Under the pieces are notes generated by a model. The model made no database searches and was not told where the DNA came from. It saw only the letters and a list, made by a program, of their open reading frames with translations. From assembly GCA_010909165.1 (NCBI GenBank), contig MU008158.1, positions 3,497,478-3,561,477 of the forward strand: a stretch of DNA of 64,000 nucleotides, written 5' to 3'. Positions 26,701 to 38,040 of this stretch are shown piece after piece; the stretch's first letter is position 1; every line of letters begins with the position of its first letter. The DNA is from Anthoceros angustus. Lineage: Eukaryota; Plantae; Anthocerotophyta. Position numbers and translations under genes: made by a program.

Positions 26701-27412
26701 ATCCGCACAGCAGTTGGAACAGGTCCCGGGCAATGCAACAAACCTGCGTCGTTGTAAGTTGCTTGGCCAGGCAGGTGAGTATGCTCGCGCTGCCAGGGCT
26801 CTTCGACCCCTCCCCCTGGCCCCCGCTTGTGAAGAGACCATCGTTGCCCTCTGTGCCCTTCATCCAGCACCCAAGGATGCCATCCCCCAGACATATCCGA
26901 CTATGTCCTGGAGGATCCCTTCTCCTTGGATCGAGCAGCTTTTGCTCTGGCACTCTCTACGACCCCACGTCTTTCATCTGCCAGGTTGTCAGCAATGGTG
27001 CTTGAACACCTCAGGGACCTTTTTCTCCCCGAAGATCCATCTAGTGGCTTCCCAAAGCTTTTTTCTCTGGCTGCTGCAGTGGCTCGGGGTGAGACGCCTC
27101 ACTGGATTTCCCATGTTCTTGCAGCTAGCATGCTTGTCGCTATGGACAAGCCAGCCCCATGCTCGGGCGTGCGCCCACTCGCGGTCGGGGAAGCCTTCAT
27201 GCGGCTTCTCAGCCGCACTATTGCCCTTCAATGTCGCTCCCTTCTCCAGCAGCACCTCAACCCCCTTCAATTTGGCATTGCCACTCCGGGGGGCTGCGAA
27301 TCTGTGGTGCTTGGAGTGAAGGCATGCCTTGATACCCATCCGGAGTGGGTGGTCTTACAGGTTGATATCGAGAACGCCTTCAATACCATTTCCAGGAGCG
27401 TCATCTTCCATG
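26700..27412 (+). mobile_element. CRE-like reverse transcriptase, N-terminal part
   Basis: GEYARAARAL...APACEETIVALCALHP; GVRPLAVGEAFMRLLSR; QFGIATPGGCE; VLQVDIENAFNTISR. Confidence 0.9.
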
Positions 27413-27589
27413 TGGTGGATCCCTATACATCTGTGGGTTGGATAGCTGGCTAAGGTATTTGTGGCTAGCGTGCCCTACACGGCAGTGCCATAGTAGGGTC
27501 TCAGATGGTGAGATAGGATGGTTTGTGGTGTGGAGCTCGTCTATAGAGATGTCGAGACGATACAGCCCTTGTAGTAGAGTACCCCTGCC
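27413..27589 (-). mobile_element. Copia GAG-pre-integrase fragment (left part of the Copia piece split by the TIR element)
   Basis: GLYRLD...LLWHCRVGHAS (LWHxRLGH motif). It joins 39107 in frame once the TIR element is removed. Confidence 0.85.
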
Positions 27590-29649
27590 TAAGAACAAGG
27601 TCTCCTAAGAAGTAGAGACAGGCTCCACTTTTTAGAGACCGAGGTCGTTTAGGCCAACTGTGACCTCTAAAATGAAAACGGAACCCTCTTTTAAGGGTTT
27701 GCCCCCAAACAAGACCCAAAAACACACTCTTCGATGGGCCCACCTTTGTGAAAAGCACCTTTTACTGGTTCCTCATGCCAACGGACCCTGCTCGAAGCTC
27801 CTTGGGATTGAACCTGGTTGAAAAAAAAAGCCTTTTTCGCTGTTTTTTAACGAAATCCAGCCACATCGGGCAATTTATTTTAATCGGCACATTTGTACCG
27901 TTAGTAATCAATATATGCCTCGTTCCAAACCCGCCCTTGACCAACAATAATGACTGAAGGCTATTTTATACATCGGTTCAGGCAAGCTGTACACGCTGCC
28001 AATGCTATTTAAAAAAAATCGTGTTCCAAGGAACCGACTCGAATTTGAGTATAAATATCCTAGTAATTTCAAACCAACATATCCACTTGTACACACTCGG
28101 AATCGTATGGAATAGAAAACGCAAGGAGCAAGGGAAGTAATATCCGTTTCGTGGCTGCGTGCCGGACGTCCGCGCCACGACCCTCCTCTTGCCTTCGGAA
28201 AGACTTACTTATCCACGGTAAGCGCCGTTCACGCTGTCTCACATCTGCGATAAGCAACCCGTCTAATGGACGAAGATGATAAGTATCGAATGCATGGTGA
28301 TCCAAACATCCCAAGCTAACCTCACACACAATCCGAGAGAGGCGTGAACATAACAGTCCATGGAGCTCCTTGAGCTCACCCTCAACTCATCCCACATAAC
28401 TAAGAAAGTTCCTATGTGAACAAAAGGAAAGCTTTAAAATGTCTCATGTGCCTACCCAAAACTTATCCAAAATCCTAATCTCTGTACACCTCCCGTCCAC
28501 GAACACCGATGCATACACCAATGCACTTGTCACTCATCATGCACAAGACCAAGCTGCGCAAGCATACAAAGGCATCCGGAGGAGGAAAAACGCGGCATGC
28601 ATGTGGCACGTTAACTGGCTCGTCTTCACGGAAGCTCCTTCCACGCTGCTGCTTTGGCGGCGCACTGCCATCACAAGGGCCAGCTCCCTCGCCGCCGCCT
28701 CGCAGACCACCGCATCTTGACCTCCTTCTCCTCTGGGAAAGCTCCGATTTTCAGCCTTCAACTGCGGTAGGGCACAGGCTGCGAAGGCTCCTCTTCTGCC
28801 GTCGGCTCCTCCACCATCATGGGACACGAGAGATATCTCGCGGTTCCTCATCTCGGGTTCTCAGGAGGTGTCCACTCCCCTCAGGCTCGCGCACAAGAAC
28901 TCGGATCCCACCTCCCCTTGAAAACCAAGCGGCGTTCGGGGATGGCAGGTGCCACACAGCGAGGTTTCCTCCAGGCAGGAGGATTCCTCCTCTTGCCGGC
29001 CTGCGCACTGCGTCGAGGACCTCCTCAGCCCTCTTTGCTGGATGTCCCGATCACGGGGGGTATCTGAACCACTCCTCGTCCTCATTATTCACGGTGCAAC
29101 CTCTGCAAGCACGAACACCAAACACACGAAAAGCACGATGGCGCCTCGGTTCCTCGATTACATGCGGTGATAGTGGGCTCGGCACCTCCGCCATAACGCC
29201 ATGATTCCGGGCTACCAATAGCAACTAGGATGGCCAACGGTGAGTACCGAGGCGAAGCGGTAGTGGAGGAAAAGGCAATTGCAACATGCCATGTGTGCAA
29301 CTCCCATGCACTCACGGATTGCGGAAAAGCGTGCCTTGCACCACTCGTCTTCTTGTCGTTATGCGCGCGTCGCTTGCTGAACAAGCCCCTTCTGGATTTA
29401 TTACCCGCAACCGCCTCACCTCCAGTGACGCGCGGAGCAGCGATCCACACTCAAGCATAAACCGGCGTAAGGTGGGCGGGAACATGGGAAGTAATTGGAG
29501 AGTAGGAGGAGAGTAAGGGAGAACCACCGGTTTGGGGTTTAATCAACCTCCCTTCACACCAGCTCCCCTCTGCATCCAAAGCGCCGAGCCGAACCACAGT
29601 GGTTTCCCGTTCCCGAACCACGATCGGGGTTCCCCGTTCCCATCAAGCG

Positions 29650-32600
29650 CCAAACAAGCTATACTGGTGAACAGGAATCATGCCTTCCATACATTGAGAA
29701 CCAACAAACAACCGGACATCCGGTCCAGCATCAACCGTGACAAAAACCCGCCCGTCCGGTGCACCTTCAACCGGACAAAAACCTTTGGTTACATCCTTGC
29801 TAAGTCGTATGCGAGACTTCATGACTCTATCCTGGCCAACCTCAAAATTTAGAATCCTGGGTGGGTTGCGATCTGGCTCCTCACCAGAGTCCACACCTTC
29901 AAGCAAGTCCACCAAATAATCAACGGATGCATCAGAAGATTCAACATTGTCGAGATCATCGGAATCAATCCGTTCGTCACCACTTCCTGCAGTATCAACC
30001 GGAGGAAGCAAAGCAAGTTCCTCACTTGGCTCCGCTCGAAGCTCAAAGATCTTTCTCTTCAACATTTCCACTGTGTCTTTGCTCAAAGTCCTGTTCCTCG
30101 TTAGCTCAAAATCATAACCCATAATTGTTGTCTCCATTAGATTGATGGGTTGCACATGCCTCTTCAAAGGGTTCCGCCGTCTCCCTTTCCTCCGGCCTGC
30201 TGTTGGGGTGCATGGCACCCACTCTTCCGAGTACCTTCCGTCCTGCATTTTGGTTTTTGATCGCCACCAATGCACTTGTGCTATCAGTTCAACACCATCA
30301 TGGTCAATCGCCACAACCTTACCCGGCCCGAAAGGGGCCCTCGGGTCATCCTGTCTGCAAGCATCATGCCCGCTTCAATCTACGCAATAGACCCTCTGTC
30401 TTTATTGTTCAGACGTTGTCGTCTAGCGATGATCTGTGTGCACCTGTGTAAATCTCTCGCTCTTGTCCGAATATGCGTCTTGCTAATGCAGCATCTACTA
30501 CCACTTCATCTGGATCTTGGTTCGGTGCTGCTCTCCTCTATTATACCATGTCCATGCGGTTTCCGGTGGAGGAGAGCACCGAGGCTACCACACCCGCTAT
30601 TGCTAGTTGCTCCTCCCGAGCTTCCCACCAACGAGTTGTTGATCATTAAAACATCATCGGCGTTTTAAACGCTGCCTATTGTCCTCCACTCCCGACATTA
30701 CTGGCGGTGCATGTTCCTTTTGCCCTTTGCCTTTCGCCCTCACATGCAATGGCACCAGCTCACGCCACAATCTCCCTCTCGGTACTCCATCCAGTGCACA
30801 CCACCATCCGGGGTCCAGTGCTGTGGAAAATTGCTTGCACCTCAACAGCATAACATACTGTGACTAGGCAACTCTTCTCGAGTTATCTTAAAGCGATGTT
30901 GAAAGTGATTGTCGATGTTGAGGACCACCGGTGGCCACGATATTTCTTGAAGTCGGCACTTCCTTCATGAGGAAGACATTCGGTGATGGAGTATCGCTCT
31001 CTGCGGGCAAGCGATCGGCTCACGGCAAGGTGTAGGCCTCCTTTAGATTACTGGCAAAAAAGCGGAGAACATTTGATCAATCGATCATGGGTATGGCCAA
31101 CAATTAAAAGCCCACTTTAACCTTCTTGAAAATACCCTTGGACACTAACATCGCTGTCGCCAACACCTCTTGATTCTTATTACGGGCAGATTGTCCATCC
31201 GGAGGTATAGAATTTTAGGCAAGTGGCCTTCCCAATTATTAATAACATGCTGGACCACTATTGTCCCGTTGGGATCATTAGAATATTGGGAAGCTTAGGT
31301 ACAAGTCCGCATGTATTTGCTAAACACCAAAACCCCAAGCACATGAAGCAGACAAGGGCTGCATTATCGACATCCTTGGGCACTCTACGGAAATGAGGCA
31401 ACTCAGTTTTTTTTTAATCCATACCATCTATCGCCATTCCAATGTACTTGGTCGGTTGAGCCATACACTTGCCGCGATGCTTCGCCATCTTCGCCCGCTC
31501 CTTCTATTGTTGATCGCGGTGGTAATTAAGGAGCTCTCGGTGTCTATATGCACATACAAGGCAGGCGCACCATGAGTACAAGTCCGGGGTCGAAGGCAAA
31601 GCGTTCCTTGGGATGCAGGAAGAGCAAATATTTGTACAAAACCCTAAAACGGGCTTTGGGTTGCCCATAAAGGACAGCTGCCAATCACCGGACATCCCGT
31701 TGTCTAACCACATATCTAAGATGGATGCACGGCCTTCACCTTGCTCTATGGTTCCGCATTTTTATTTTCGCTTTCTCGACATATTGAAAAACGGTTGCAT
31801 CGTGGATTCTTCACCGACCGAAAGTGGCGTATCCACACTTGAAAATAGTAACATACATGTGTGGTAATTGTTCTAGCTTTGTTGCAGCATACTCTATGAA
31901 AATCTCCTCCTTTGTGAATGTATCGTGATTGAATACTTCTCATTGGGTAGTCTCTCCACATTTCCTTTGAAAATGTATCCATCCACATCACGACTTGTAG
32001 ACCATATGAAGTTGGGATTCTTCCAAGCCTTGCCTCGACAAACTGGTTCCCTTTTGTACTCGGGTTTGAGCATTCCGTACATGATGCTCCAATGCGACGT
32101 GAACACCCGACATATCGGAACCTTCCCATGTGGTACCTTGTTCACCCATCCGGTCACCACACCCGTTTCCTCGTCCTCCACCATATCAATAAGGTCTTGT
32201 AAATCTTCCCTCCCTTGCGTCATGGAAAAAGGACACACGGATCGACTTGAGTTTGCCACTTCCCCCGGCCGGCCTAAGCACTTTTCCCGTGCGCCTTCAG
32301 TGCATAGCGTCCGATTACGGTGCTGCCCGTGATCGGCCTCTTAACTGCGCGGTTCTTGGTGGAACACACCGCCACGGAATGCAACTCCAGCCCTTTAGAC
32401 TTAGGATTAGCGGGAGGCAGCATTTCGGCAAATGTAACCCGTGGTCGGTGATTTCACATCTCGAAACGTGCAATTGGGTCGCGTGCGGATGTGATCTCGT
32501 GTCCTTCCTCTACTAGTGCCTTCGAGACCCACCGGTGCATATTGCAATCCAAAATCCACGATCTCATGCACAATCTCACCACAATCAGGAGACTCGGATA

Positions 32601-33263
32601 CTCTCGATTGAGAATCCGTCTTTGTTCTCATGAGTGGTTCCACAGTGTGACGAGGTTGATAGTACTCTGCGACGCACAAAATGGGTTTGTTGTTGGCGCC
32701 ACCTTGTCTCGGTGGCGCCGGAGAAATCCGCTTGCGGACTTGGATCGAGCAGAACATCCGGCCAATTTCTTCGCTCTGGTGACTTGAACAAACCGGGTAC
32801 AGTGCGGCGGTCGAGGCGGGCCCAGTTGCGTCGGTCGGATGTGGATATCGAGGCCTCTCCGGATATGGGCCGGGGCCACCCGGTCCACATGGGCGCGATT
32901 TCTTCTTGATCCCTTTGGCCCGTTCGTGTCCATCCGAGGATCAAACAAGAGCAAATCTCCATCGCTTGCGGCCACGTCCGATGTATCACCCTGCAGTCCG
33001 TTTCATCTAAGGCCATGTCGTGCTCGTTCCGCTCCGTGCTGCGGGCAAGCCATCACCGGACGTCCGGGGTTCAACTCGGTGATGCAAGCAATGTCTACTA
33101 AGATGGAATCGACACGGTCGAGGTCGTCGACATGGAAGTCTGTCGAGGCCACCGCCAAGTCCACTATCTCGGACTCGGACACATGTCCGAGATGCATCAT
33201 TGGAACTATTACATCGTTTACCAAATCAAAGAACTCCTCCTCTGCGCTTAGGTCGTTAGCCAT
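29650..33263 (-). pseudogene. Frameshifted DDE/D transposase, Sola-like (DUF7869-type motifs)
   Basis: IDGMD*KKTELPHF (~31400-31431), LPKILYLRMDN (~31190), NKNQ, KVKVGF.IVGHTHD (31084-31098). The C-terminal ...GKVVAIDHDGVELIAQVHWW... and acidic tail match the better-preserved copy at 62337-63747. Confidence 0.85.
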
Positions 33264-33933
33264 CGCGTGCTACCGAGACAAGCCAGCGGTGATGGTCGCA
33301 ATGTGCTCGAGTCGAAGACACGCATAGCAGTCGGGGTTTCTAAGATGTGACTACTAAATATCTCGGATCTTTGGACCGCAATGACCAAGCGTCGATAAAC
33401 ACGGATGTGAGATTTATGACTCATCTCATAAGCGAAGACCGTTAAATGCCACAAATGATTGCCATGATCGAGGGCGTCGGATGTTATGCAATGGCGATTT
33501 TATTGGCAAAACCGAATATTGTGGAAGTATCTTGTATTCCTTGTTGTGACAGTTGAGCCGACCGGCTAAACTTGGCAAAATGCGCCACCACCGCTGCAAT
33601 TTACTGTCTGTGATTCATGCGAGTCTGCACATGCGATCGCGATCTAGTTGCCATGAGCCATCATGCGATGCCTATTGCGGAAGAATGAATTTGGCGCCAA
33701 AATGGATTAAATCTGGCGGGTATAGAGGCACATTCTCATAGTATTGTTGTCCATGCGAGAACCATAGGAGTGTGACTGGCGGGGTGGTACATCGTCCTGA
33801 AGTTGGTGTCGCTGCCGGACATCGGGGTCGACAGGTGGAGAGGTTGTTTCTTGCTCTTGATTCACCATTGCATTCCCGATTAGGTGCTCATAGACCCTTG
33901 AGCAGTGACCAGCTGCTTGCTCAATTTGTACAG

Positions 33934-36900
33934 ATGGCCCCTCTAAAGAAGAAGCGGAACAATGCTCCTGATGGAGAAGGAGTGCGGTGGCGGACAAAAA
34001 GCACGGCGTAAGGCGTTGATTCGAGCCGGATGGAAGCGCTACGAGTCGAGACCAAGACCCCGGCATGCGAGAACCAGCGGTAGTGACCCGCCCACCACAT
34101 CAACTCCAACGAGCATCGTTTCAAAGTCCTTACAAGGCGGAAATCGATATGTTGAGAAAGTTGTTTATGGAGCACTCTCCGTTCGACATCTCGGACAAGA
34201 CACGGGCGTGCGGCGTCCTGCAGCCAATTGGTGTATGTGTACATTATGGGTGCACCACGGTCCGATTCAAAGTCTTCATGTCCGGGCGATTACATTCACG
34301 CGATTCGTTGAGAAGAATGACCAGTTACGTAATTTTCCTGCACCGAAGAGGCGACCGACAAACGACCCCAATGTCGTTCGCGTCTACTCGGTGCGATCAA
34401 GACTTTTGACCATGTCTTGCCGGTAGGAGGTGTCCGTGAGGAACTGCTGCAGGGGTTGAGAGCCAATGATGGGTACATTGTGTTCCACAAGGTTATACAC
34501 CAAATTTGTTTAGAAGGAGTGAGGCAAACCGTTAGTGGAGCTAAAGCAGGCTCGACTTCCGGTCGCCACCCAGCTGTAGGCGCCCAAGGCCGGGGTGCAT
34601 CCGCCGGCCAGGATACTCACGATGGCGTGGCCGGTGCATGTGGACCGTACCAGCGTAGAAATGCATCTGCCGGTGCGAAGCAACCCACCAGTTCATCTGC
34701 CGCGAAGCAATTACCAGCTGCTGAGAAGCAACCAACAAGGGCATCTGCAAGGATGCAGCCCAGCAATGGAGAAGATGGTATGCTTACTACCAGTGCAAAT
34801 ATTGGGAAACAACCCACCAGTGCATACGCTGAGAAACAACCCAGCAATCCACTGCTTAGAAAGCATCCCAGGAATAAAGATTCTGCAAATGTTTTTGCGT
34901 TGGCTAACCGTCAGAGGTCATGGCGGTGAGCCCGGCGCATTCGTCTCATGTCACGAGCTGGTGATGCCCGGATGTGCCCGACCAGACCGGACGTCCGGGT
35001 TTTGAGCGGAGCCAGTGGACTTGGTGACCCCATGCGCATAACTCATCCGCGCAGCAAAGGGAAGGAAGCCTAAGATGCAGCGAGGACACGGGGGCGGTGA
35101 GGACAATGAGGCATTTCGGATGGTATTTTGCGGCGAGTCGGAAGGCGATCGGGATGCGAAGGTGGCTCTGCGACGAAGAGGAGAAGCTTGGCGGCCGGCG
35201 AAGAAGGCGATCTCGAGGTTCTCTCCCCATCCGTGATTGCTCACAGAGGTCTAAGTGTTGGATCGTAGAAGGGTACAAGCGAGTCCCCATCGGGGAAGTC
35301 TGCCAAGGGAAGGAAGAGGAGGAGCTTTTGTTGGCAAAGCAGTTCGAGCGGGTGGTGCATGACAATGGGAAAGCCAAGAAATCAAAGGGGAAACAAGGGA
35401 AGCCTGCAATTGTGGAGGAGAACGAAGAAGAAGAGGAGGATGAACCGCTGCCCAGGTTTGTGGAGAAAGCTAAGGACAGCGCGGTCGCTCGACGATGACA
35501 GGCTTGCTGCAATAAGAGCAGATGCAAACCGGGACGTAGAAAGGGACGGTATTGCTATCAAAAGAGTTTGGGAGTCTACTTTGAAGCTGCCAATCAAGTG
35601 TTGCAAACCACGGAGGAACTGTGGCCGAGGTGAGAAGCTGGATCTCGCTTGGGTGGAGGCTTTGATGCAAAAGATGAAACACATCCTGGGTGGGCGGTGT
35701 CTGCCAATGGTTGTGATAGTCGATCCTTCACGGTGTCTTGACAAAAGCAATTTCGGCGTTGAGAAGGTGGACCAAGGTGTGTACAGTTTTCGTCTTGGGG
35801 TAATCATTCTTTCGAGCAAGGTCCGTCTGTCTCATCTGCCGAAGGAAGAGTACAAGTGGATGGATGCATATGTCCTAGCTGGACTCACAGAGGACGAGAT
35901 GAGGATTGTAGCTACGGACCACAACACGATCGCAGATGCAAGAAAGACATTTACTTTCATGGACCGAGTACGTTACATTAGAAGTGAGTTGCTATCTAGG
36001 AGATCGAAAGGTTTGAAGTGCGACGTAGACTGGAAGCTGGATGTGTATGCGTGCCTGGGCAGGATCCCAAAGTGGGATGCAACAAAGCATGGCCCCAAGG
36101 TACAGTATCACAGGCTTGTGGACAACAGAACACCGGACTATTGTGTGGCAAAAGTTGATGAAGAAGTCTGGAGGTATGTGGACGAGATATTTGAGAAGTG
36201 GGAATGTAAGCAGTTACCGGAACAGGTGGATGCAGCCCGCGCCTTAGCAGCAAAACAGACAAAGGCCACGAGGAGGACACGGAACACACCTACAGTTGTG
36301 AGAGACCTTGTGGTCATTGAGGTTAAAGAAGCGGATGTGCAGTGAGAGTGTGGAAGTGTTTCCAGGGTATCGAACATTCTGCTGCGGGCAACAACAACCT
36401 TAAGACAGCATGTATGAAGGTTCTGTCTGGAGAAATGAGTTTGAGGCAAATGCAAGGGTGGCTGGAGAAAGCCAAAAAATTGAACCTCATCCACGTCACA
36501 CTTGCAAAGAACTTGAACTGTGAGACCTTTGAGCGAGTTAGGGCGCTACCCTCAATACTGATTGTCGAGCGGATCGGCAACTTCCGGCCCGGCGTTCAAA
36601 ACTATGGTCGATGGCGGTCAGCTTGCACCATGTTCCACAGACGGTGCATTTGAGATCATTTCATGTGTATGAGCGCTTGGTGGCTTTGGGCTTGCTTCAC
36701 TTGCCGCGATGTTCTTGTCTATGATGGTGCTTTGCCCTTTTGTGCGCGGCGAATGCTTGTCTTGAGTGGAGTGCACTCCCGGACAATTTCAAGGAACACG
36801 TTATGAAGGCCAAAGCATGGAAAATAATGGAGGATGAGCAACGGCGGTTGTTGGAGACCGCAAGTCCCGACAAGTTAAAGACATTCGAGAGATGACCGGA

Positions 36901-38040
36901 GATCCAAAGAAGGTAGGCATAATATGTGGGAACATCGTGAGGATGGCCCAGTTTGTGGAACCCCGACCGTATGCTATGTTGCTTCTGGACTTGCCAAGAG
37001 GGTTGGGTCTGGATGCTAACTCGAGAGAGTATGACACGCGGTTCAATCGCCTTGAGTTTGAAAACGTCATCATGCAGTTCCAGGGCATCACAACGTCTGA
37101 GGTATTTAGAATCGTGGTATTTCATTCGCCAGATGATATGTCAATGGTCCGGGATGTATTGCTTGCAACATGTAAAGGAGGTGTCAGTTCGTGCTTCTGG
37201 CACAAAACCAATGTGAAAGCCGCTGGAACGGACAAGTTGTATGATGCAGGTGATTACATCACCACGGGGGCAGGCGCCCTCAAGCAGGATTGTCAGCCGC
37301 AACATTTCTCCCTCAGTGCTGCTGCAACTGTTATGAAAGATGGAAAGGGGTTGACATCTTGCTTTTCAGAGAAGGCAGTGGAACATAAACAGTGTTATAA
37401 CACAGCAGATGATAGGGTGGTATGCCCATATCAAAAGCCCATCAGTTGTTGAAGAAGCTCATTGAGCTATCGATTATGGCGCAGTGGGTCTTAGACGGTG
37501 CAGCTCGGGTCGAATGGTTGCGGCTATCAAGTGCAGGCGCGATGTCATTTCAATACGTGGATCCCAGGCGATTCGGTTCATGGATCTACGATGAATAATT
37601 TGGGCCTGGCCGAGCGAGGAGGAGGAGGTGGGAGAGATCAAGGCTATCACGGGACCCAAGGCGTTTAGCAAAGAGCCGATGGTGAACTCAGCGGTGGCGG
37701 CGATTTGTGGCTCTGAAGCGGCGTGCATTCGGCAAGAGAGCCACATCTGGAGATGTGATAGAGCCCCTGATGTTTGGTGTTGTGGGAGATGTGTGTGCAG
37801 GTGCATTGGCAGATGGTGAGAAAACTGCAGGAGACGTCATGGGCGAGCCGCGTGCAGACGATGACCTGGGTGCAGCACTCGCATTTGGGCACGATGATGG
37901 GGAAGAGCAGGCTCCCATTGAGTCGTTGACCGAGAAGTATGATCCACCAGTGGACTCCCCTGCCAGCGCATGGGTGGACAGCCAGAAACAATATCTAGCA
38001 TCTGAATCGTTTGGTGGGGATGTGCGTGGAGGACCCGATT
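33934..38040 (+). pseudogene. Large ORF, broken by indels: NLS-like N-terminus, ParB/Srx-like domain, beta-class N6A/N4C DNA methyltransferase and acidic tail
   Basis: Probable start MAPLKKKR at 33934. ParB-like region ~35540-36000 (LG-GNHS across a 1-nt shift; AYVLAGLTEDEMRIVATDHN...TFMDRVRYIR). MTase motif IV LLLDLPRG (36988), FWHKTN (37195), PYQKPI..LKKLIE (37426), then motif I WVLDG.SSGRMVAAIKCRRDVISI (37485-37555). Motif IV before motif I is the beta-class order. Confidence 0.8.

Noticed and set aside
27590-27593. 3-bp TAA TSD suggesting PIF/Harbinger
   Set aside because: It makes the two ends asymmetric by one base. A 4-bp TAAG TSD gives perfectly symmetric TIRs, and the transposase lacks Harbinger motifs.
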